Source: Solirubrobacterales bacterium (lineage in GTDB: Bacteria > Bacillota > Syntrophomonadia > Syntrophomonadales > DTU052). From it: DNA of 64,000 nt. The position numbers and the translations under genes are program-made. Location of the stretch: positions 6,006 through 70,005 of the forward strand of contig JBLMZI010000009.1 of assembly GCA_050258755.1 (NCBI GenBank), read 5' to 3'. Positions 27,140-35,525 of this stretch are shown here, piece by piece (positions within the stretch are counted from its first letter, which is position 1; the number at the start of each line of letters is the position of its first letter). The notes beneath the pieces are model-generated. The model saw nothing but the letters and a program-made list of their open reading frames with translations. It did not search any database and had not been told where the DNA came from.

Positions 27140-27616
27140 TCATTCCGATTTGTCCAATGAACCCCGGACAAATCGCCGAATCACTGGAATCCATCCGAAC
27201 AAATCCGGCAAAAACACGGCAAACAGGACATACAACGGGGATAAAATCAGATACAGGATGTAGGTCAGGTAGGTCTGGCCCAGCATAACGACCGGAAGCG
27301 CGGCCAAAAACGGAACCGACGCCGAATGCCAGAAATGCAGAAAAAAGTCGTAAAACGTGGAGGCCTGGCCCCATTTTTTCCAGGCGTACAACGATCCGGC
27401 CGTGCCGATCAGGCCCGGCAGCTGCGCGACCGTGACAATCCAGAAAACCCGGAGACGGACCTTGAACCGTTCGCGCAGCCGAATCGAATAAACCCCGAGG
27501 AACACCAGATACCCAATGGCCGCAACAAAATCCAGCCCCGGGAAAAAGCCGGTCAGCCCGACCAGGATGCCAAACAGGACATGACAGCACAGCAGGATCA
27601 GCATTTCTGACATCAT
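27140..27616 (-). CDS. polytopic membrane protein, unknown function
   Basis: Track ORF 27140..27754. I prefer ATG 27614-27616, with GGAGGG upstream; it overlaps the stop of the upstream gene. There are four to five hydrophobic helices. Confidence 0.5.
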   Translation of the reverse strand: MMSEMLILLCCHVLFGILVGLTGFFPGLDFVAAIGYLVFLGVYSIRLRERFKVRLRVFWIVTVAQLPGLIGTAGSLYAWKKWGQASTFYDFFLHFWHSASVPFLAALPVVMLGQTYLTYILYLILSPLYVLFAVFLPDLFGWIPVIRRFVRGSLDKSE

Positions 27617-28233
27617 GGCAGCCCACCCTCCGATTCCGAGATCATGCGCACCGAACCGCTGGCCCGGATGTTGTCCGGGATGACCCAAAGGTCTTGCCCC
27701 CCGTCGATCTCGATCCCGGCCCGCTTGTACGCCAACCAAAGGGTTTTCGTGCAATTCCAGACCTTCTCACCGGGTTTGAACGCGATCGCATAATAGATTT
27801 CGCCTTCATGCGCCGCCATATAGCGGACCGCCGCGCGCCGCTTTTCCGGGCTCGCGTTCACCCGCAGCAGACAGGCGCGGGTGTAGTTCGTAAAATACGA
27901 TACCGGCTTGCGCCGCACACCGGCTTCCAGGCTGACTTCCCAGTAATATCCTTTGCCATCGCACAGCCCGGCATGGGTGTACCGGCCGTAGGTTGCCTCA
28001 TCATTGCCGCCCAGCAGGATATCGCCGGCTTCTATGCCGGAAAGGTCGACCGTGTTGCCATACCAACCGTCACCGGGTCCAATCCAGCCCTTGGCCATGG
28101 CGGCCATGCCCTGCCCGATCACCCGCTGCCGGAAGTTATCCCAAGTATACCCGTTCTCCGAAAGGATCACTCCGGCGAACAGGAGATTCAAAACCAGCAA
28201 AACCGCAATCGATCGCATCGTTCGTCCTTTCAT
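27613..28233 (-). CDS. secreted/anchored permuted papain-like (NlpC/P60 superfamily, YiiX/C92-like) hydrolase
   Basis: 206 aa with a signal/anchor MRSIAVLLVLNLLFAGV. The order GDILLGG..YTHAGL..(R)..WNCTKTLWLAYKRAG places His before Cys, as in permuted YiiX/YaeF-type enzymes. Confidence 0.5.
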   Translation of the reverse strand: MKGRTMRSIAVLLVLNLLFAGVILSENGYTWDNFRQRVIGQGMAAMAKGWIGPGDGWYGNTVDLSGIEAGDILLGGNDEATYGRYTHAGLCDGKGYYWEVSLEAGVRRKPVSYFTNYTRACLLRVNASPEKRRAAVRYMAAHEGEIYYAIAFKPGEKVWNCTKTLWLAYKRAGIEIDGGQDLWVIPDNIRASGSVRMISESEGGLP

Positions 28234-28270
28234 GAAAGGCCATTCTGGTCACCCTCTTACTTTTCCCTGC

Positions 28271-28304
28271 AAAAAGAAAAGTCCTTCTTTTGACGAAGGA
28301 CTTT
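28271..28304 (-). terminator. intrinsic terminator after the VWA gene
   Basis: In the minus sense, aaagtccttc-gtcaaaa-gaaggacttt is followed by tctttttg. Confidence 0.7.
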
Positions 28305-28333
28305 GTGGTTTGGTTTTCATCTTTTCACCGGAC

Positions 28334-29536
28334 CTATTTGTTGGCGCGAAGCTGTTTGATCGCGGAATCAAGGCCTTCCACCGTCAGCTCGAACATCGGG
28401 AAAACACCCTGAATCATTCGAATGGTCTGGGCCCCGCTTTCATAAGGCCAGTAGCGGGCCGGAATCGGATTCAGCCAGACCGAATGACCGTATTGACGCT
28501 GCAGCTTTTTCAGCCAGTCAATACCCGGCTCCTCGTTATACAGGTCCCAATCCGAAATGCCGCCTTTATGGGTCAGCTCGGACGGCGCCATGCTCGCGTC
28601 TCCGACCATGAACACCCGGTATTCGCTGTCCAGCATCCGCATGATATGACTCGTTTCAGTCGCGTTGCTCATGCGGCAGTACGGGTCGTGGTACAGGTAG
28701 TCGTAGATGCAGTTATGAAAATAATAGACTTTTAAGTCCTTAAAGTGCGATGACCGGTTGACCGCGTTGAACAGCTGAGCGCACAAGCGGGTATAGCTGA
28801 TCATGGAGCCGCCCGAGTCCATCAGCAGCAGCACCTTGATGGCATTTTCCCGCGGACGTTCCCAGACCAGTTCCAGCCGGCCCGCGTTCTTGCCGGTCGC
28901 CTCGACCGTGCCGTCCAGATCCAACTCGGTGCGAACCCCTTCCAGCCGCGTGGTAAACTGCCGCAGTTTGCGCAAAGCCAATTGAAATTGGCGCGCATCC
29001 AGGGCGGTATCGGTCCGAAAATCACGGTATTTGCGTTCGCCGGCCACTTTGACCGCGGACTTGTTGCGTGACTGACCGCCGATGCGGATTCCCCCGGGAT
29101 GAAAGCCGGAATGCCCGAACGGCGAGGTCCCCCCGGTCCCAACCCAGAAGTTGCCCCCGTGATGCTCTTCGTTTTGCTGTTTCAGCCGCTCTTCCAGCAT
29201 CTTTTTTAATTCGTCCAAATCATGCTGCTGGATCGCGTCGCGCAATTCCTTGGGAATCGCATCTTCGGGCAGGTTTTTGTCAAGCCAGTCCCAGATGTTT
29301 TCCGGGATTGCTTCCGGCGTCTCAATGCCGAAAAAGAAGGCGTGAAACGCCTGGTCAAAACGGTCGTAGTGCGCTTCGCTTTTCACCAGCACGGCCCGGC
29401 ACAGGTGATAAAAGCCAGACAGGCTGGAGCCGTGCAGGCCTTGTTCCAGCGCATCCAGCATGGTGTACCACTCGTTCATCGAAACGGGTACGCCTTTGGC
29501 TTTGAGGGTATAGTAAAACTCAGTAAACATCGGCAA
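28334..29536 (-). CDS. VWA-domain protein (CoxE-like partner of MoxR ATPases)
   Basis: 400 aa. The N-terminal helical region is followed by a Gly-rich segment, then VLLLMDSGGSM (MIDAS-like), MVGDASM and WLNP. The architecture and its position after a MoxR gene fit CoxE-like VWA proteins. Confidence 0.65.
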   Translation of the reverse strand: MPMFTEFYYTLKAKGVPVSMNEWYTMLDALEQGLHGSSLSGFYHLCRAVLVKSEAHYDRFDQAFHAFFFGIETPEAIPENIWDWLDKNLPEDAIPKELRDAIQQHDLDELKKMLEERLKQQNEEHHGGNFWVGTGGTSPFGHSGFHPGGIRIGGQSRNKSAVKVAGERKYRDFRTDTALDARQFQLALRKLRQFTTRLEGVRTELDLDGTVEATGKNAGRLELVWERPRENAIKVLLLMDSGGSMISYTRLCAQLFNAVNRSSHFKDLKVYYFHNCIYDYLYHDPYCRMSNATETSHIMRMLDSEYRVFMVGDASMAPSELTHKGGISDWDLYNEEPGIDWLKKLQRQYGHSVWLNPIPARYWPYESGAQTIRMIQGVFPMFELTVEGLDSAIKQLRANK

Positions 29537-29541
29537 TCACA

Positions 29542-30414
29542 CTATCGGCCGGTCTGGAACGTCTGGCGGTGCGCCTGCCGGGACTGCGGCCGATTGTGCA
29601 CATGCCACAGGAGCGCGTCCAGGTCCTGGTTCTTCTTGAGCAGAACGCCTAAAAACGGCAGTTCGTCGCCGATCCGTTTCGGATTGATGCCGCCGACCAC
29701 CAGGGCCTGGAGCCAGTCCAGCAATTCACTGGTGCTCGGTTTTTTCTGGATTTCCGGCAGAGTCCGGATCCAGTAAAACGCTTCCATGCACTGTTCCAGC
29801 AAACGCCGTTCGACATTCGGGTAGTGCACTTTCACGATATCCTGCATGCCGGTCGGGTCCGGGAAAGCGATATAGTGGAAGATGCAGCGGCGCAAAAACG
29901 CGTCCGGCAGCTCTTTTTCGGCATTACTGGTGATAATCACGATCGGCCGGTGTTTGGCCTGAACCGTTGCTTTGGTTTCCGGAATATAAAAACTCATCTG
30001 ATCGAGCTCCCAGAGCAGGTCGTTCGGGAACTCCATGTCCGCCTTGTCGATCTCGTCAATCAGCAGAACCACCTGCTCCGGCGAATCGAAGGCTTCCCCG
30101 AGTTTGCCCAGCTTGATGTACTGCCCGATGTTGGCAACGTCATGATCGCCGAACTGGCTGTCGTACAGGCGCTGAACCGTATCGTAGACATACAGGCCTT
30201 CCTGGGCTTTGGTGGTGGATTTGATATTCCAGACCAGCAGCTGTTTTTGAAGGTTGTCCGTAATACTTTGGGCCAGCATGGTTTTGCCGGTGCCCGGTTC
30301 GCCCTTGATCAAGAGCGGTTTCTGCAGCGCGATGGCAATATTGACGGCATTGCGGAGATCTTCCGAGACAATGTATTTTTGCGACCCACTATAGCTGGTG
30401 AACCCTTTGCTCAT
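29542..30414 (-). CDS. MoxR-class AAA+ ATPase
   Basis: Track ORF 29542..30486. I prefer ATG 30412-30414, with a GAGGGAAATATC RBS. Walker A LLIKGEPGTGKT and Walker B VLLIDEIDKA, with the AAA_5/MoxR layout. Confidence 0.8.
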   Translation of the reverse strand: MSKGFTSYSGSQKYIVSEDLRNAVNIAIALQKPLLIKGEPGTGKTMLAQSITDNLQKQLLVWNIKSTTKAQEGLYVYDTVQRLYDSQFGDHDVANIGQYIKLGKLGEAFDSPEQVVLLIDEIDKADMEFPNDLLWELDQMSFYIPETKATVQAKHRPIVIITSNAEKELPDAFLRRCIFHYIAFPDPTGMQDIVKVHYPNVERRLLEQCMEAFYWIRTLPEIQKKPSTSELLDWLQALVVGGINPKRIGDELPFLGVLLKKNQDLDALLWHVHNRPQSRQAHRQTFQTGR

Positions 30415-30789
30415 GATATTTCCCTCGATTCCAAGAAATTCTTCCAATCCATCACACAGAATATCAAATGGCTTTTTCAAAGTCAAAGGGGAAACGAAAC
30501 GGTCAGACCTCCGGAAGCCGGTCCAAGCTTACACGCGTATTATATTAAGGAAGAGAGAAAAGAAAAAACGCAGCATCGACCCGCCGCCCCCGTACCTGTT
30601 CAAGTCCCGTCTTGCTCCGGTCTTTTCGCAGGAAACCCCGGCACAATTCGACTTCTTCCTATAAAAATCTTCCGGTTCAATACGATTTGGAAAGGAATTC
30701 GGTGAACCACGAAGAATACAAAATTTACTTCGCTCTACTATCCGAAGTTGAAAAATTGGAATGCGGTATAAAAAGAAAGGGGAAGGCCC

Positions 30790-31680
30790 GTGCTTCAGAA
30801 ATTAGATCCTCATTTGGTCATGGCTTTTACCGAAAGTGGTTTTTCACATGGCAACTCCCTGCTGATTGAAGACGATGTACGATTGCTGATAGACACCGGG
30901 GCAACCGATATTATACCTTCCATTCAGCCTGAAACCATTGATATCGTGCTGAATTCTCATTATCACATCGATCATATCCGCGGCAACGACTTGTGCGGCA
31001 ATGCGAAAGTCTACCTGCATGCGCTTGACGCGGCATATCTTCAGAACCCAAAGCGGCTTTCCGCCATTGACGAATGGGAAGAACTCATGACCATCAATCC
31101 CCTGGAAGGTCAGCCGTCCGTGAAGAAAATCGCGCCCAATGACGTCATCAAACCCTACCGGGTTGACGGCACTTTTCAGGACGGTGATCAGTATGACTGC
31201 GGCCATACCAAACTCACGGTCCTGCATACGCCAGGGCACTGTGCAGGCCACTGCGCCTTCTTTTTCCCCGATAGCGGGACCGCCTTTCTGGGGGATATTT
31301 GTTTGACCAAGGTGGGACCATGGTATGGTGAAGCCGATGCTGACATCGACGCTTTTATTCAGTCCATCAACCGGATGATCGCCCTTAAACCGGACCGGGT
31401 GGTTACCGGACACGTTGGACAGATCATCACGGAAAACATCCCGGAAGTGCTGACCGAGTACCGCGACCGGATCCTGAAACGGGAAGAACGAATCTACCAA
31501 TCGCTCAAAACCAAAGCGGTCAACATTCACGAACTCGCTGACCAGCACCTGATCTACCGGATGCATCCAAGTTCGTTTGTCCTTTATTGGGAGAAATACA
31601 TGCTGAAAAAACATCTGGCGCGGCTGGAGCAGCAAGGCCGAGCGGAACGGAACGAGGAAAATCTTTTCCGGGCCGTGTAA
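30790..31680 (+). CDS. MBL-fold metallo-hydrolase
   Basis: 296 aa, GTG start with an AAAGGGGAAGG RBS. HxHxDH motif (NSHYHIDHIRGN), then HTPGH and a later GH. Confidence 0.8.
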   Translation: MLQKLDPHLVMAFTESGFSHGNSLLIEDDVRLLIDTGATDIIPSIQPETIDIVLNSHYHIDHIRGNDLCGNAKVYLHALDAAYLQNPKRLSAIDEWEELMTINPLEGQPSVKKIAPNDVIKPYRVDGTFQDGDQYDCGHTKLTVLHTPGHCAGHCAFFFPDSGTAFLGDICLTKVGPWYGEADADIDAFIQSINRMIALKPDRVVTGHVGQIITENIPEVLTEYRDRILKREERIYQSLKTKAVNIHELADQHLIYRMHPSSFVLYWEKYMLKKHLARLEQQGRAERNEENLFRAV

Positions 31681-31753
31681 ACAATCAAGGCCCTCCACGC
31701 ACATCGGACGGTTCTGGGGTGCGAGCTCGAGCACCATCGAATAAGCCGAAAAA

Positions 31754-31784
31754 AGCCCCCCGTTTTGTAAACGGGGGGCTTTTC
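31754..31784. terminator. bidirectional intrinsic terminator (MBL / CoA-transferase convergent pair)
   Basis: aaaaagcccccCG-ttttgtaa-ACggggggcttttcg forms a strong GC stem with A and T runs on both sides. Confidence 0.85.
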
Positions 31785-31807
31785 GATTTCAGATGATGAT
31801 TTCTTGA

Positions 31808-33175
31808 CTATTCGATCTTGTTGGTCGGCCGCCAGATCTTCATCTTTTCGCCTTCCTTAATCAACTCGTCCCGGAAGTCCGGATGGGCGATATTGATCAG
31901 CGCGTCGGCGCGCTCCCAGATCGACAGGGATTTCATATTGACCTTGCCGTACTCAGTCACAACCCAGTTGACCATCGTACGAGGCACAGTCACAGCGGCG
32001 CCCGGCGTCAGCAGGGGACGGATGCGTGAATGCATCTGCCCGTCTTTATCCTTGAAGGTCGAGGAAAAGGCCAGGAAGCTCTTGCCGCCCTTGGACTCGA
32101 ACGCCCCGATGACGAAGTCCAGCTGGCCGCCGGTACCGGAGATCTGGCGCAGGCCCTTGCTCTCCGAACAGATCTGACTCAAAAGGTCGATCTCCAGGAT
32201 GTTGTTGATCGACATGAAGTTGTCATTCAGACGCACCCGCGCCGGGTCGTTGGTGTACACCACCGGGCAGGCTGCGGTTAAGGGGTTGTCATCCAGAAAA
32301 TCATAAGTATCCTGGGTCCCCAGGCAGAATGCATAGGTTGTTTTGAAACGGTCCACCCCTTTAGCGGCGTTGGTGATTTTACCGGCCTCATACAGGGCGA
32401 CAAACGCATCGCAGAACATCTCGCTCTGAACGCCGAGGTCATGCAGGTCGGATTCCGCCAGCATCAAGCCAATCGTATTGGGCAGAGCGCCAATGCCGAG
32501 CTGAATGCAGGAACCGTTATGGATTTCATCCACGATTAATTCAGCGATCTTTCTTTCCTCCGGCGTTGGATCTGGCGCCGCCGGCGTGGAAAAGACCGGG
32601 GTGTTGGTTCCTTCAATAATATAATCAATTTCACTGATATGAACGCCTTCTTCGTAGCCGCCCAGGCAGCGCGGCATGCAGGTGTTCACTTCGACGATCG
32701 CGACCTTGCAGGACAGTGCCATGGCCCGGTTGTGGGAGGCGCCGATCCCGAAATTGAAGAAGCCGTGTTTGTCCATCGGCGTAACCTGAGCACACCAGAC
32801 CTCCGGCCAGCGGGCCGAGTAGTCCTCGTTGTAGCCAATTCCGTTTGCTTCGTGATAATTGAACGGGTAGTGCACGCATAGGCCGTAATCCGACATCTTC
32901 CGGTCGAGCGCGGTGCAATACCAACTGCCGTAACGGAACGATGCCTGCTGCGGGTCGTTTTTCACGACTTCCGGTACCGGCAGCACGCTTCCGGTGGCAC
33001 GGACCGTAACGTTCTTCAGGTCGGGCTGCCCGGCGCGGGCCCCGAGTGCCCGGTCGAAGTCAACCGGTTTGGTGGCAAATTGACCGTATTCCACGATCGC
33101 GTTCGACTTGACCAGTTTTGCGGCCTCGTCCGCAGAGACCAGTTTCCGTTTGTACTCATCCAGATACGACTTCAT
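31808..33175 (-). CDS. acetyl-CoA hydrolase/transferase-family CoA-transferase (butyryl-CoA:acetate / 4-hydroxybutyrate CoA-transferase-like)
   Basis: Track ORF 31808..33199. I prefer ATG 33173-33175 (MKSYLDEYKRKLVSADEAAKLV). It carries the SGTGGQLDF (GxGGQxDF) motif of family-I CoA-transferases. Confidence 0.8.
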   Translation of the reverse strand: MKSYLDEYKRKLVSADEAAKLVKSNAIVEYGQFATKPVDFDRALGARAGQPDLKNVTVRATGSVLPVPEVVKNDPQQASFRYGSWYCTALDRKMSDYGLCVHYPFNYHEANGIGYNEDYSARWPEVWCAQVTPMDKHGFFNFGIGASHNRAMALSCKVAIVEVNTCMPRCLGGYEEGVHISEIDYIIEGTNTPVFSTPAAPDPTPEERKIAELIVDEIHNGSCIQLGIGALPNTIGLMLAESDLHDLGVQSEMFCDAFVALYEAGKITNAAKGVDRFKTTYAFCLGTQDTYDFLDDNPLTAACPVVYTNDPARVRLNDNFMSINNILEIDLLSQICSESKGLRQISGTGGQLDFVIGAFESKGGKSFLAFSSTFKDKDGQMHSRIRPLLTPGAAVTVPRTMVNWVVTEYGKVNMKSLSIWERADALINIAHPDFRDELIKEGEKMKIWRPTNKIE

Positions 33176-33472
33176 TTTTTCCAATTTCCCCCTCACCAAT
33201 AGATTTCAGCAATGCTTTTCCGAAAAAGATTATTCACCTCCGCATTCACATGACATGCCTGTCTAGGGTTCCGCACATAGTAATCGGGCACAAATGTGCA
33301 TAATTATTCTATTTAGGTCCCAAATGACATACCGCTTCCTGATGTCGTCCAGCTCTGGGTTTTTCTCTCTTCCTGAAGAGGCAGACTATTCAGAAAATAT
33401 GCAGATCAGTGTATGCTATGAATACTTCGACACGTCTGTTGTGCCTTCCTTCACACGCGGATAAAAATAATG

Positions 33473-33516
33473 CGCAAAAATCAAACGGCGGGATTCCCTT
33501 CAGAATCCCGCCGTTT
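33473..33516 (-). terminator. intrinsic terminator after ymaF-like gene
   Basis: aaacggcgggattc-ccttca-gaatcccgccgttt. In the minus sense it is followed by gatttttgcg. Confidence 0.8.
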
Positions 33517-33528
33517 CGACATTTTTGG

Positions 33529-33876
33529 TTACTCTGCGTCCATCGCCATCATCGTGGTCATTTCAAAGCTGTGTTTATGGTTATGGTTGAATGACGTTTC
33601 CCCTTCGGCGTAATGAACGTGCTCATCATCGGAGACGAGTTTCTGCGCTCCGGTTTTCACATAGACCTTATGGTAATGCCCGCGGACGTAATCGGTCATA
33701 CCCCGAAACTCGTGCTCGTGCGACCGGGCATCCAAGGAGACCATTTCCCCGGTCACGCCCACGAAGCGATGGGTGTGATCCGACGCGATCTCAGTGGTTC
33801 CCTGCACTTCGTGAACATGCATCTGCTCGCCATTGTCCCGATTCGCAGCCCCAACCATATATTTTCTGATGCCCAA
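33529..33876 (-). CDS. YmaF-family His-rich protein
   Basis: Track ORF 33529..33912. The likely start is TTG 33874-33876, with GAGGAGGGAAA upstream. Repeated H-x-H blocks (MHVHEVQGTT..HTHRFVGVTG..SHEHEF..GHYHKV..HVHYAEGETS..HNHKH) match YmaF as I recall it. Confidence 0.65.
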   Translation of the reverse strand: MGIRKYMVGAANRDNGEQMHVHEVQGTTEIASDHTHRFVGVTGEMVSLDARSHEHEFRGMTDYVRGHYHKVYVKTGAQKLVSDDEHVHYAEGETSFNHNHKHSFEMTTMMAMDAE

Positions 33877-34203
33877 CGGTTTCCCTCCTCTCCATCTCCT
33901 TCCACAGTCCATTATATGGGCATTTTGAACGTGTGGTTCCTCGTTTTAACCATTATTCAGGACTTTTTGCCGCATTTAATGCTTAATCATTCGGTATATT
34001 GGCCATTATATTGATCAAGATCGCGCGGCACCCGGCTTGCCTTCCCGGATATCCCGGCCGTTTTCAGTCAATAATTATGGGAATGGGCTGAAGGATTTTG
34101 TCGAAGAACCGTCGAAGTTAAGTGGGAACGCGGTTGTCTCACCGCTTCCAGCGGAGGGAAAACCGTTTGTTTTACACATTTAAGGAGGAAAGAGTGATTC
34201 GGA

Positions 34204-34575
34204 ATGGGCAAAAAGATATTGATCTGTGACGACTCTCTCATGATCCGCACGCAGCTGCGCGATTTCATTAACAAACTGGAAGGCGGATACGAAGTTATTG
34301 AGGCCGCGGATGGTAACGCGGCCGTAGAAATGTTTACCGCCAACACCCCGGATCTTGTCTTTTTGGACGTCGTTATGCCCGGACGCGGCGGTCTGGAATG
34401 TCTTCGGCTCATGAAAGAAGCGAATGCCGCAACCCCGGTGGTCATGCTCTCTTCAGTCGGCGCCAAGCATGTCTTAAAAGAAGCTCTGGAGGCAGGTGCA
34501 TCAGACTTCGTACAAAAACCGTGGGGTGAAAAATTGATTTCATCGATCATTGAAAGATTTACGGGAGGTGCCTAA
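34204..34575 (+). CDS. cheY: CheY-like single-domain response regulator
   Basis: 123 aa with an AAGGAGGAAAG RBS. KKILICDDSLMIR, the phospho-acceptor in LVFLDVVMPG, MLSSVG and FVQKPW form a complete receiver with no output domain. Confidence 0.8.
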   Translation: MGKKILICDDSLMIRTQLRDFINKLEGGYEVIEAADGNAAVEMFTANTPDLVFLDVVMPGRGGLECLRLMKEANAATPVVMLSSVGAKHVLKEALEAGASDFVQKPWGEKLISSIIERFTGGA

Positions 34576-34578
34576 GTT

Positions 34579-35466
34579 ATGTTCATTCAGTATTTCGGCA
34601 GCTACCTCCTTAACAAAGGGCTTCTGAATCCTGATCAGCTCAAAGAAGCAATCGAACTCGCCAATTCGACCCAGATCAAACTCGGTATTCTGGCTATGAA
34701 CGCTGGTTTTCTGACGGCCGATCAGATCACCGAAGTCCAGATGCTGCAGCGCACCATGGACAAACGCTTCGGCGAGATCGCCGTTTTGAAAGGCTATTTG
34801 ACGGATTCGCAGGTGGACTCACTGCTGAAAACACAGGAAAAAGGCCATTTGGCGTTAAGTCAAGCGATTGCCGATCTTGATTTTCTCAGTCTGAAGCAGT
34901 TGGAAACTGCACTCCAGGGATATAAAAACGAATCCGGATTAACCAATCAGCAGATTTCGGCGATTCAGGCAGGCGATACCGACACCATCGTCAGGGTCTT
35001 CCTCGACTTCTCGGATCTGAAAGCCGGGGACCAATATTACGAGTTCGCTTCCTTGATGATGCGGAATATCATTCGTTTTCTCGGCGAACTGGCCATGATC
35101 GAGGAACAACTGTCTACCAAAGGGTTCGAAGCGCCTGTGATGGTTACCCAGGAAATCCACGGAGGCGTTTCCCTTCATACCGCCCTGGCGATGGACGAGG
35201 AAACCTTTTTGACCATGGCCCGAAAATACAGTGGACTCAAAATGGATGCCGGTTCCGAACTGGCTGATGCATCGATCACTGAATTTTTGAACCTGAACAA
35301 CGGTCTTTTTATCGTCAACCTGAGTAACAACGGGGTGGACTGTGACCTGACACCCCCGGAAATTACCCGTAACTGCCAGCTGACGACAGATCAGGGTTTT
35401 GTAATCCCGTTTTACCTGGGTTCCGGTACGATCAATCTGATTATTTCGCCGGTATCGCTGGGTTAA
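34579..35466 (+). CDS. fusion protein: N-terminal tandem MshEN-like (c-di-GMP-binding type) motifs plus C-terminal CheX/CheC-like CheY-P phosphatase domain
   Basis: 295 aa, starting 4 nt after the cheY stop. Residues 5-86 carry three 24-residue xFGxxLLxxGLLxxxxLxxxLxxQ-type motifs with 5-residue spacers. The C-terminus has DASITEFLNLNNG..(21-22 aa)..PP, which fits D/S-x3-E-x2-N-x22-P of CheC/CheX. Confidence 0.6.
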   Translation: MFIQYFGSYLLNKGLLNPDQLKEAIELANSTQIKLGILAMNAGFLTADQITEVQMLQRTMDKRFGEIAVLKGYLTDSQVDSLLKTQEKGHLALSQAIADLDFLSLKQLETALQGYKNESGLTNQQISAIQAGDTDTIVRVFLDFSDLKAGDQYYEFASLMMRNIIRFLGELAMIEEQLSTKGFEAPVMVTQEIHGGVSLHTALAMDEETFLTMARKYSGLKMDAGSELADASITEFLNLNNGLFIVNLSNNGVDCDLTPPEITRNCQLTTDQGFVIPFYLGSGTINLIISPVSLG

Positions 35467-35480
35467 ATAGCACTCAAACC

Positions 35481-35525
35481 ACACGGTTCGCGTGAGTGAT
35501 TTTCGCGAACCGTGTTTAATTTTTG
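35481..35525 (+). terminator. intrinsic terminator after the cheY / CheX-like operon
   Basis: acacggttcgcg-tgagtgatttt-cgcgaaccgtgt is followed by ttaatttttg. Confidence 0.75.

Noticed and set aside
29824-31737. Long antisense ORFs 29824..30705 (+) and 30844..31737 (-).
   Set aside because: They lie opposite the MoxR ATPase and MBL hydrolase genes, which have clear Walker and HxHxDH motifs. The antisense products have no motifs and a biased composition. The same reasoning applies to 5384..6145 (+), 9118..9903 (+), 20518..21243 (-), 34068..34550 (-), 34939..35550 (-), 35781..36668 (-), 41056..41760 (+) and 44082..44777 (+).
34080-34203. Possible c-di-GMP riboswitch (GEMM-type) in the leader of the cheY / CheX-like operon, considered because of the c-di-GMP theme. 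The segment contains gtgggaacgc and a ccgct-tcc-agcgg hairpin.
   Set aside because: I could not find the conserved GEMM-I features as I remember them (the GCAAA / CGCAAAGCC-type strands and the tetraloop-receptor pair). A covariance-model scan would be needed; from the sequence alone it is not supported.
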